Below are positions 15,850 to 23,842 of a stretch of DNA of 38,395 bases, piece after piece (the stretch's first letter is position 1; the number at the start of each line of letters is the position of its first letter). Source of the DNA: a virus. Taxonomy: Duplodnaviria; Caudoviricetes. Both the position numbers and the translations under genes were made by a program. Where the stretch lies: positions 1 to 38,395 of the IMG/VR virus record IMGVR_UViG_3300030095_001230, one strand, 5' to 3'. Below the pieces are notes generated by a model. The model did not search any database. It was given only the letters and a program-made list of their open reading frames with translations, and was not told the DNA's origin.

Positions 15850-15872
15850 AATTAAACATCCTTTCAATTACT

Positions 15873-15901
15873 CTTGTAATGCTAGGATTAATATAAGTCA
15901 A
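15873..15901 (-). promoter_or_regulatory. Promoter of the reverse three-gene cassette
   Basis: TTGACT-17-TACAAG on the minus strand. Confidence 0.65.
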
Positions 15902-15934
15902 GGCATAATATATAAATAATTAAAAATAAATAAT

Positions 15935-16171
15935 ATGGTAGGCAGACCTAGTAAAAAAATACAATGTGAAGCACGAAGGAAGTATGACGGCAAGCAGTGC
16001 CAAGCAAAAGGCATATTAAAAAATAATGGTCGTTATATCTGCAAGCTTCATGGTGGCATGAGCTATGGTCAAAGAACTATTGAAGGCAAGATCAAAGCAT
16101 TAATGAATTTAAAACAAAATAAAAATAAAACATATGAAGAAATCAAAAGAAATATTCAGCCGTATTATTGA
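15935..16171 (+). CDS. HGGxSTG-motif zinc-binding protein
   Basis: CEARRK..GKQC....GRYICKLHGGMS; usual position upstream of terminase. Confidence 0.85.
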   Translation: MVGRPSKKIQCEARRKYDGKQCQAKGILKNNGRYICKLHGGMSYGQRTIEGKIKALMNLKQNKNKTYEEIKRNIQPYY

Positions 16172-16586
16172 AGCTGTTGAACTAGGCACAACATTGACGC
16201 AAGTTTGCAAATCAAAAGATATGCCAGGACTAACAACAGTTCATACTTGGATGAAGCAAGATCAGAAGTTTAAAGAGCAATTATTAGACGCTAGGCGTAT
16301 CGGTGCTATGGTTTGGCTTGATAAGATGCAAGACATGGTCATGGATGATGTTGAACCAACTAAGGTACAATTACTTCGTGAAAGATTGCACCACTCAAGA
16401 TGGGTAGCAAGTAAGCTAATCAGTATATTTGGAGACAAGCAAACAGTTGAGAATATTGGAGAGCCAATAATAAAAGTAGTGTGGGATGATGGCAGTCTTG
16501 AACGCAAACAGACAGGACTCGCACACGCTACAAGAAGTTCGGAAGCTGAAGATGACAAAACAAATGACACTAACACAATTAACTAA
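16134..16586 (+). CDS. terS: Terminase small subunit
   Basis: G.TL..VC....MP...TVHTW...D..F...L..AR..G and RWVASKL...FGDK motifs. Confidence 0.85.
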   Translation: MKKSKEIFSRIIEAVELGTTLTQVCKSKDMPGLTTVHTWMKQDQKFKEQLLDARRIGAMVWLDKMQDMVMDDVEPTKVQLLRERLHHSRWVASKLISIFGDKQTVENIGEPIIKVVWDDGSLERKQTGLAHATRSSEAEDDKTNDTNTIN

Positions 16587-16733
16587 GGAATATATAGCTA
16601 GAGCAAGCGACTAGGTATCAATCAATCGTATATATACTGCCAAATTAATTGAAAAATGGCGGAAATGCGACCTCGATACCATCCCAACAGCCGTGCCATT
16701 GTTTTATATATATAATGGGAGAATTAGACACTC

Positions 16734-16907
16734 ATGACCACAGACATAGTTGCTGCCGTATTTTATGACGACAATAAAGATACTGTAACAGTAGAATTAA
16801 CAAATTTTTTAAATAAGGATGAAGCCATGGAAACGGCTAATCTTATTATAGCTGCACTAGGAATTACAAAAGTAAACCCAATTAAAATTACAGAAACTTT
16901 GCACTAA
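16734..16907 (+). CDS. 57-aa hypothetical protein (not in ORF track)
   Basis: MTTDIVAAVFYDDNKD...ITETLH; TAATG overlap with terL. Confidence 0.65.
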   Translation: MTTDIVAAVFYDDNKDTVTVELTNFLNKDEAMETANLIIAALGITKVNPIKITETLH

Positions 16908-18199
16908 TGAAGCTAATTAAGATACCTTATACGCCACGACCACAACAAAAGATGCTGCATCAAAAACTAGATGAGTTTCGTTTTGCTGTTGCCGTAATGC
17001 ATCGTAGAGCTGGTAAGACAGTATTTGCGATTAACCATTTAATTAAGCTTGCACTTACAAGTAATAAAAAGAATTTTCGTGGAGCATTCTTTTCTCCAAC
17101 GAGGGTGCAGTCTAAATTGGTAGCATGGGATTATTTAAAAGAATTTGCTAGAAAAATACCTGGCACGAAGTTTAATGAAACCGAGCTGCGTGCAGATTTT
17201 GCAACAGGAGGTAGGATAGCTTTATTTGGAGCTGATAATCCTGATGCCAGTCGTGGACAATATTTTGATTTCTGTTGTTGTGATGAATATAGTCAGATGG
17301 ACTCCAGGATGTTTGCTGAAGTTATCAGACCAGCGATTGCAGATAGATTAGGTTCAGTTTTATTTATTGGAACGCCACAAGGAATGGGAAATAATTTTTA
17401 TGATCTATTCCATGAAGCACAAAGTTTACCTGATTGGTTTACTTGTACCTTTAAAGCATCGGAAACTGGGTTAGTAGCAAAAGAAGAATTAGAGTCAGCA
17501 AGAAAGCTGATGACAGAATCACAATACCTTCAGGAATTTGAATGCTCCTGGACAGCAAATATTTCAGGTTCTGTATATGGTAAAATTATTGATCAGATGG
17601 AAGATGATAAAAGAATATCGAATTTTCCTCATGATCCTGGGTATGAAACAACTTGCTTTTTTGATTTAGGAATTTCAGACCAAACAGTTATATTATTTAC
17701 GCAGCAAATTGGGAGAGCTTTGTATGTGTTTGATTGTTATTCAAATAATAATCAATCCCTAGCTCACTACGCTGACTATATAAAAAAAACTGGCTACAAT
17801 ATAAAAAATTATGTGTTTCCGTTTGATATAGAACAACGAGAGCTTTCGACTGGTCATTCCAGGAAAGAGTATGCGTATTCAATGGGAATGCGACCAATAA
17901 AGGTGTGTCCGAAACTATCCATAGAAGATGGTTTGCACGCTGGTCAGGTTTTATTAGCCAAGTCGTATATAGATCGATCTAACTGTAAACCTTTTTTGGA
18001 TGCGATGAAATGGTATCATCGTAAATGGTTGGATAAGCAGCGAGTGTTTACAAAGCCAGTCCATGATTTTTCTTCGCATTATGCTGATGCGTGGAGAACA
18101 GCTGCCGTAGCTATTCAGGAATTAGACATGAATGAAAATAAAAGATTAGAAAAATTTGCACAAGGCACAAACTATAACCCTTTAGAAATAAGGAATTAA
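16907..18199 (+). CDS. terL: Terminase large subunit
   Basis: Walker A HRRAGKT, Walker B CCCDE, GTPQG coupling motif, nuclease DLG and SHYADA. Confidence 0.97.
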   Translation: MKLIKIPYTPRPQQKMLHQKLDEFRFAVAVMHRRAGKTVFAINHLIKLALTSNKKNFRGAFFSPTRVQSKLVAWDYLKEFARKIPGTKFNETELRADFATGGRIALFGADNPDASRGQYFDFCCCDEYSQMDSRMFAEVIRPAIADRLGSVLFIGTPQGMGNNFYDLFHEAQSLPDWFTCTFKASETGLVAKEELESARKLMTESQYLQEFECSWTANISGSVYGKIIDQMEDDKRISNFPHDPGYETTCFFDLGISDQTVILFTQQIGRALYVFDCYSNNNQSLAHYADYIKKTGYNIKNYVFPFDIEQRELSTGHSRKEYAYSMGMRPIKVCPKLSIEDGLHAGQVLLAKSYIDRSNCKPFLDAMKWYHRKWLDKQRVFTKPVHDFSSHYADAWRTAAVAIQELDMNENKRLEKFAQGTNYNPLEIRN

Positions 18200-18203
18200 G
18201 ACA

Positions 18204-18425
18204 ATGGGATTTCTACGACCAAAATTACCTCCACCACCTCCACCTCCACCAGCACCACCAGTATTACCACCACCGAATGTAGAGCAGATGGAACAGAAAA
18301 AATTAAATGAAATACGAGAATTGACGTACCAAAAGAAAAAAGGGTACACCGATACTATTTTGACAAGTAATGAAGGCGATACAGAAACGCCTGAAGTGTA
18401 CAAAAAAACTTTATTAGGAGGTTGA
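18204..18425 (+). CDS. Small proline-rich virion-associated protein
   Basis: Poly-Pro N-terminus; TILT and KKTLLGG motifs typical of genes preceding T7-like portals. Confidence 0.75.
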   Translation: MGFLRPKLPPPPPPPPAPPVLPPPNVEQMEQKKLNEIRELTYQKKKGYTDTILTSNEGDTETPEVYKKTLLGG

Positions 18426-18426
18426 T

Positions 18427-19122
18427 GTGGGTGCAAGTACAGCTCCTAAAGGTGGAAGGGGATCAGATGCTGGAGGTTATAAAGAAACCAATAGAAGAAA
18501 AAATGAAGTTAATCCTACTGCCTTACAAGGAATTAAAGATAAAGTAAAAAGTGATTTAGGATTATATACAAATCAACCTGGAGGAAGCTCTACACAAACA
18601 AAAACTTTAAGAGCTTATAATTTAAAAGGTAAAGATATGGATTTTTACGGAGAAGAAACCAGTAAATCAATTAATGAGCATTTAGTTAGTATAGGAGAAG
18701 CTCAAAGATCAGGTGGGGGAGGTTACATACTTACTTCAAAAGGATATGAAATGAAACATGGATCATATACTCCAGGACAAGCTCAAACGCCTGGAGCTAT
18801 GGGAAGTGGAGATCCAAAAGGAATTTTAACATCAACGCCTATTTCTAAAAAAATGCTGCAATCACAAAATAAATTTAAAGGATTAGTAGTAGGTGCATTA
18901 TCTTTAGGAATGCCAGGTATTGGAGCAACAGCGATGAGAGCTGATGCAGCTGTTGCGTTAAAAGATGCTGCACAACCAGACGCAGCATATGATGATTACA
19001 CAAAAAAATTTAATGCTACGCAACAAGGTAAAAAATTTACCTCTCAAAGAAACACATCAGGAATAATTCAATTAGGATTAAGTAAAGGTAAAGATAAACT
19101 AGGGGAAATATTTGGAAATTAA
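18427..19122 (+). CDS. Gly-rich hypothetical (possibly virion) protein
   Basis: GTG start 5 nt after AGGAGG; one hydrophobic segment; lies before the portal gene. Confidence 0.65.
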   Translation: MGASTAPKGGRGSDAGGYKETNRRKNEVNPTALQGIKDKVKSDLGLYTNQPGGSSTQTKTLRAYNLKGKDMDFYGEETSKSINEHLVSIGEAQRSGGGGYILTSKGYEMKHGSYTPGQAQTPGAMGSGDPKGILTSTPISKKMLQSQNKFKGLVVGALSLGMPGIGATAMRADAAVALKDAAQPDAAYDDYTKKFNATQQGKKFTSQRNTSGIIQLGLSKGKDKLGEIFGN

Positions 19123-19124
19123 TT

Positions 19125-20711
19125 ATGGATAATGCAAAAAAACTATCACATCAATTTGATAAACTAAAAGGCAAAAGACAAAACTGGGAAAGCCATTGGC
19201 AAGAAATAGCTGATTATGTTTTACCTCGTAGAGCTGATGTAAATATAACAAGATCACAAGGTGATAAACGCACCGAATTTATTTATGATGGTACAGCATT
19301 ACACGCAGCGGAACTATTATCTTCCTCGTTGCACGGAATGCTAACAAATGCTGCTACACCATGGTTTAGTATGCGTTTTAAGAACGAAAATTTATCCATG
19401 GATGATGAAAGTAGAGAGTGGTTAGAGTCATGTACCCAAACAATGTATATTGCTCTTGACAGGTCAAATTTTCAACAAGAGATCCATGAACTTTATACAG
19501 ATCTCGTTACCTTTGGTACATCATGTATGATGATCGAAGAAGATGAAGAAAAGTTTTTACGATTTTCTACAAGACACATTAAAGAAATTTATGCTTCAGA
19601 AAATGATAAAGGAGTGGTGGACACAATCCATCGTGAATTTAAAATAACAGCGAGAGCAGCATATCAACGATTTGGCGACAAATTACCTAAAAGATTAATT
19701 AAGGAAGCTAATGAAAATCCATATAATGAAATAACACTACATCATTGTGTACAGCCAAACGATAAACAAAATCCATATAAAATGGCAAGTACCTCCATGC
19801 CGTTTATTTCTATTTATTATGATCACGAAGATAAAAAAATAATTAGTACATCAGGGTTTAACGAATTCCCATTTGTTGTACCACGATGGTTAAAATCATC
19901 ATCAGAAATTTATGGTCGTTCTCCAAGCATGACAGCTTTGGCAGATATTAAAATGATTAATAAAATGTCTGAAACAACTATTAAGGCAGCACAGAAGATG
20001 GTTGATCCACCTTTACTTGTGCCTGATGATAGTTTTGTATTACCAGTTAGAACTCAACCAGGAGGATTAAATTATTATCGTTCTGGTACGAGAGATAGAA
20101 TTGAACCACTTAACATCGGAGCTAATACTCCAGTAGGATTACAATTAGAAGATCAAAGACGAGAAGCAATTAGACAAGCATATTTTGTTGACCAATTATT
20201 AATGTCGCAAGATGTACGAATGACAGCAACAGAAGTTATGCAGCGTAATGAAGAAAAAATGCGTTTACTAGCTCCAGTTTTAGGAAGGTTACAAGCAGAA
20301 ATGTTACAACCTTTAATTACAAGATCTTTTAATATCATGTTAAGGAAAGGTTTATTACCAACACCCCCAGTCAGTTTGCAAGGCAGCACGATAGACATCG
20401 AATATGTATCTCCTTTGGCTCGTTCGCAACGTACTGGGGATGTGCAAGCAATATTAAGATCATTAGAAATTATCACACCATTGGCGCAGATGTTGCCAGT
20501 TATGGATTACCTAGACTCAGATAAATTAGTTAAACATATTACGGATGTCTTAGGTGTACCAAGAAAAGTTTTACGATCTGATCAAGAAGTTGCTAAGATT
20601 AGAGAAGAACAACAGCAAGCTCAACAGCAACAAGCACAATTAGATCAAGCATCACAAATGGCTGAAGCTGGAGGGAGAGCTGCTCCGTTGTTAAAGGAGT
20701 TAAGTGGCTGA
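19125..20711 (+). CDS. Portal / head-tail connector (T7 gp8-like)
   Basis: PRW....EIYGRSP, MTATEV.QR.EE and IEYVSPLA motifs; Gln-rich tail. Confidence 0.96.
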   Translation: MDNAKKLSHQFDKLKGKRQNWESHWQEIADYVLPRRADVNITRSQGDKRTEFIYDGTALHAAELLSSSLHGMLTNAATPWFSMRFKNENLSMDDESREWLESCTQTMYIALDRSNFQQEIHELYTDLVTFGTSCMMIEEDEEKFLRFSTRHIKEIYASENDKGVVDTIHREFKITARAAYQRFGDKLPKRLIKEANENPYNEITLHHCVQPNDKQNPYKMASTSMPFISIYYDHEDKKIISTSGFNEFPFVVPRWLKSSSEIYGRSPSMTALADIKMINKMSETTIKAAQKMVDPPLLVPDDSFVLPVRTQPGGLNYYRSGTRDRIEPLNIGANTPVGLQLEDQRREAIRQAYFVDQLLMSQDVRMTATEVMQRNEEKMRLLAPVLGRLQAEMLQPLITRSFNIMLRKGLLPTPPVSLQGSTIDIEYVSPLARSQRTGDVQAILRSLEIITPLAQMLPVMDYLDSDKLVKHITDVLGVPRKVLRSDQEVAKIREEQQQAQQQQAQLDQASQMAEAGGRAAPLLKELSG

Positions 20712-20928
20712 TAAGAAGCAAGAAGAAATACTTAAAGAAGTAAGAAGAAATTATAAAATAGTTTTTAGTTCTAAAGAAGGTGCTGCTGTTTTAGCAGACT
20801 TAGAAAATAGAACTGGAATACACAACTCTACTTTTGATCCTGATCCATATAGATCAGCAAACTTAGAAGGAATGCGAGCCGTTACATTATTTATTAAATC
20901 AATGTTAAAGGAGAAAAAGAATGGCTGA
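20704..20928 (+). CDS. Bbp19-like small protein
   Basis: YK.VFSS.EG..VL.DL...EG.R.V motif between portal and scaffold; GTG start. Confidence 0.8.
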   Translation: MADKKQEEILKEVRRNYKIVFSSKEGAAVLADLENRTGIHNSTFDPDPYRSANLEGMRAVTLFIKSMLKEKKNG

Positions 20929-21757
20929 AGAACAGACAACTGCACCAGAAGTGCAATCTGAACCGACTATAAACGAACAAGCACCAGTAGAAACACAATC
21001 TTTTATTGATACGCTACCAGAAGATATACGAGAAGATGCATCATTAAAAAATTTTACTGATGCTGGACAACTAGCTAAAAGTTATGTCCATGCACAGCGA
21101 ATGGTAGGTGCTGATAAAATGGCAATACCAACAAAAAATTTTACCGAAGAAGATTGGCAACAAACATTTTCTAAATTAGGTGTACCTGACTCCCCAGAAA
21201 AATATGACATTAAATATAATGTGGCAGAAGGTCAAAGTGATGAACCAGTTAAAAATTTTGTTGCGAATGCTCACAAGTTAGGTTTATTACCTCAACAAGT
21301 CCAGGGAGTATTAGATTACTATACACAATTAGAAACTGGAGCTGTTGAAACAGCACAAAAAGATTTAGAATTACAAAAAATAAATAATGAAGGCGAACTA
21401 AGAAAAGAATTTGGTTTAGCTTATCCTGACAAAATAAAATCGGCAAATAATGTTTTTAAAAATTTTTTTGCAGAAGATTTAGCTGATGTAAAATTACAAG
21501 ATGGTACATCGATTGGTAATCATCCTGGTTTTATAAAAGCATTATCAAAAATGTCAGATAATTTTAGTGAAGATACAATTAGTGCTGGACAAGAAACAAC
21601 TGGTAATTTAACACCTAGTGAAGCACAAAAAGAAGTTACAAATATCATGGGAGATCAATCACATCCATATTGGTTGAAAGATCATCCAGGTCATGCTGCT
21701 GCTGTTAAAGAAGTAGCTGATTTACAAAACATGATACATCCGAATTTAGAAGGGTAG
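20921..21757 (+). CDS. Capsid scaffolding protein
   Basis: Acidic; LAKSY.HAQ.MVG, LG.P.SPE.Y and HP.H..AV motifs; precedes the capsid gene. Confidence 0.88.
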   Translation: MAEEQTTAPEVQSEPTINEQAPVETQSFIDTLPEDIREDASLKNFTDAGQLAKSYVHAQRMVGADKMAIPTKNFTEEDWQQTFSKLGVPDSPEKYDIKYNVAEGQSDEPVKNFVANAHKLGLLPQQVQGVLDYYTQLETGAVETAQKDLELQKINNEGELRKEFGLAYPDKIKSANNVFKNFFAEDLADVKLQDGTSIGNHPGFIKALSKMSDNFSEDTISAGQETTGNLTPSEAQKEVTNIMGDQSHPYWLKDHPGHAAAVKEVADLQNMIHPNLEG

Positions 21758-21845
21758 TGCGAAAGCATCCTTCTTGACCATCTGAATAGTAGAGCAACTA
21801 ACAGTTGTAAAATGCAGACGAACCTACCTGGTAGATAATTCATCG
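21748..21845 (+). promoter_or_regulatory. Structured RNA leader of the capsid gene
   Basis: AGAAGG..GTGC-GAAA-GCAT-CCTTCT GNRA hairpin; TCTG..CAACT/AGTTG..CAGA; GAA.CTAC/GTAG.TTC hairpin; RBS AGGAGG downstream. Confidence 0.5.
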
Positions 21846-21877
21846 AAATTTTAACCTTAATTTGAATAGGAGGACTT

Positions 21878-22753
21878 ATGTCTAATCAAATTACAACAGC
21901 TTTTGTACAGCAGTATGGTTCTAATGTACAAATGCTTTCACAACAAATGGGTAGCCGTTTGCGTGAAGCTGTTGATGTGGAAACTATTACTGGGAAAAAT
22001 GCATATTTTGAACAAATAGGTTCTGTCGCTGCACAAGTGAGAACTTCTCGCCACGCTTCGACTCCACAAATTGATACTCCACATTCTAGGCGTAGAGTTA
22101 GTTTAGCAGACTACGAGTGGGCAGATCTTATTGATGATGCCGACAAAGTAAGAATGCTAATTGATCCTACATCTAGTTACGCAAAAGCAGCAGCTAATGC
22201 GATGGGTAGATCAATGGATGATGTTATCATCACAGCTTTGGGTGGCACAGCTTACTCAGGCGAAACTGGAGGAACTTCAGTTGCGTTACCTAGCACTCAA
22301 AAGTTTGCAACATCTAACCAATCAGATGGTTTAACGATTGCAAAACTTCTTGATGCAAAAAAGAAAATGGATTTAGCTGACGTAGATCCAAGCATAGCAC
22401 GTTATGTGGTATGTGGAGCAACTCAAATAAGTGATTTGCTTAATACAACAGAAGTAAAATCTTCTGACTTCAATACAGTTAAAGCTTTAGCACAAGGTCA
22501 AATTGATTCTTTCCTAGGGTTTAAATTTATTATGTCAAACAGATTGAGCTTCGATGCAAGTAATACTGACGACAGATTAGTTTTTGCTTTCACAAAAGAT
22601 GCGATCAAACTTGCCGTTGGCAAGGATGTTACAGCAAGAATATCTGAGAGGGATGATAAATCATACTCTACTCAGGTGTACTACTGTATGTCAGTTGGTG
22701 CAACTCGAATGGAAGAAGAAAAAGTTGTTCAGATTCCTTGTCATGAAGCATAG
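21878..22753 (+). CDS. Major capsid protein
   Basis: ITTAFVQQY...LSQQ.GSRLR, DTPHSRR and GATRMEE motifs; strong RBS. Confidence 0.95.
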   Translation: MSNQITTAFVQQYGSNVQMLSQQMGSRLREAVDVETITGKNAYFEQIGSVAAQVRTSRHASTPQIDTPHSRRRVSLADYEWADLIDDADKVRMLIDPTSSYAKAAANAMGRSMDDVIITALGGTAYSGETGGTSVALPSTQKFATSNQSDGLTIAKLLDAKKKMDLADVDPSIARYVVCGATQISDLLNTTEVKSSDFNTVKALAQGQIDSFLGFKFIMSNRLSFDASNTDDRLVFAFTKDAIKLAVGKDVTARISERDDKSYSTQVYYCMSVGATRMEEEKVVQIPCHEA

Positions 22754-22765
22754 GAGGGTTAAGAT

Positions 22766-23203
22766 ATGGCTAGTGTAAAAAGTGTTGCAATAACAAATCT
22801 TGATGCTGTACCAGCAGTTAATTCTGATGGTGGCAACCTATCTCCAATGATGGTATGGCATGATACTTACGAAGCATCTTCTTTAGCAAGTGGTTCTGAC
22901 ATCACTATCGCAAGAATACCAGCTGGAGCAACTATTCACGATGTTATCGTGAAAGCTGATGCTCTTGGTGGCTCATCTACTTTAAAAGTAGGCGACTCAG
23001 GCGATGATGATAGATACCTTGCTGCTGTAGGTACTTGGAATGCTGCTGGACAAGCACAATCAATGTTAGCTGGCTCAACAGCTGCTAATACTGCTGTTGC
23101 TGGTTTAGGGTACAAAGTATCAAGTGCGACAGATCTAAAAATTACTACTGGTGGTGCAAGTATCACAGGTACGATTTATTTCTGGGTGTACTATACTCAA
23201 TAA
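22766..23203 (+). CDS. Capsid decoration/cement protein
   Basis: Ala/Gly-rich beta protein (IPAGA.I, LKVGD..D.DRY) between the capsid gene and a terminator. Confidence 0.75.
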   Translation: MASVKSVAITNLDAVPAVNSDGGNLSPMMVWHDTYEASSLASGSDITIARIPAGATIHDVIVKADALGGSSTLKVGDSGDDDRYLAAVGTWNAAGQAQSMLAGSTAANTAVAGLGYKVSSATDLKITTGGASITGTIYFWVYYTQ

Positions 23204-23210
23204 ATATTAT

Positions 23211-23234
23211 GGGGGGATTATTCCCCCCTTTTTT
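23211..23234 (+). terminator. Intrinsic terminator after capsid genes
   Basis: GGGGGGA-ttat-TCCCCCC followed by T6. Confidence 0.92.
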
Positions 23235-23254
23235 AATTTTAAACAAAAAAAATT

Positions 23255-23842
23255 ATGGCATCAAAAGTAGAAATTTGTAATTCAGCTCTTAATATGTTGG
23301 GAGCAAATAATATTACCGACATTACAGAAGATAGTAAAAACGCAAGATTATTAAACCAGAGGTATGAACCCATTAGGGATGCTGTTTTTAGAACGCATCA
23401 ATGGAACTGTTTAATTAAACGAGTAGAATTAGCACAAGATACTGATACACCTACGCATGAATATGCAAAACAATATACTCTACCATCTGATTGTTTACGA
23501 GTTCTTCGTATTGGTGGACACCATGACGGAAGCTCTAGTGATTTAGATGCTGGTCAAAGATTTAAAATAGAAGGCAGAAAAGTTATTACCGATGAAGCAT
23601 CTGTTTTTTTAATTTATATTGCAAAAATTACTGATGTAAATTTATACGACACATTACTGCAAGAAACGATTGCTGCAAGACTAGCAGCTGAATTATGTTA
23701 TGCTGTTACATCTTCTACTTCCCTGGCAAATCAATTAAAAGATTCTTATAATGAAAAATTACGAGAAGCTAGATTTACAGATGCAACTGAAGGTACAGCA
23801 GATAGTTTAGACTCTAGTACATTTATTAATTCAAGGTACTAA
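23255..23842 (+). CDS. Tail tubular protein A / adaptor (T7 gp11-like)
   Basis: EICNSAL..LGA..I, H.WNC and Y.LPSDCLRV motifs. Confidence 0.92.
   Translation: MASKVEICNSALNMLGANNITDITEDSKNARLLNQRYEPIRDAVFRTHQWNCLIKRVELAQDTDTPTHEYAKQYTLPSDCLRVLRIGGHHDGSSSDLDAGQRFKIEGRKVITDEASVFLIYIAKITDVNLYDTLLQETIAARLAAELCYAVTSSTSLANQLKDSYNEKLREARFTDATEGTADSLDSSTFINSRY

Noticed and set aside
18228-18275. CCA/CCT-rich low-complexity run and Gly-rich antisense ORF
   Set aside because: Explained by the poly-proline coding of 18204-18425.
22584-22778. Alternate-frame ORF over the capsid 3' end (possible T7 10B-like frameshift)
   Set aside because: It extends only a few codons past the capsid stop and I see no convincing slippery site.
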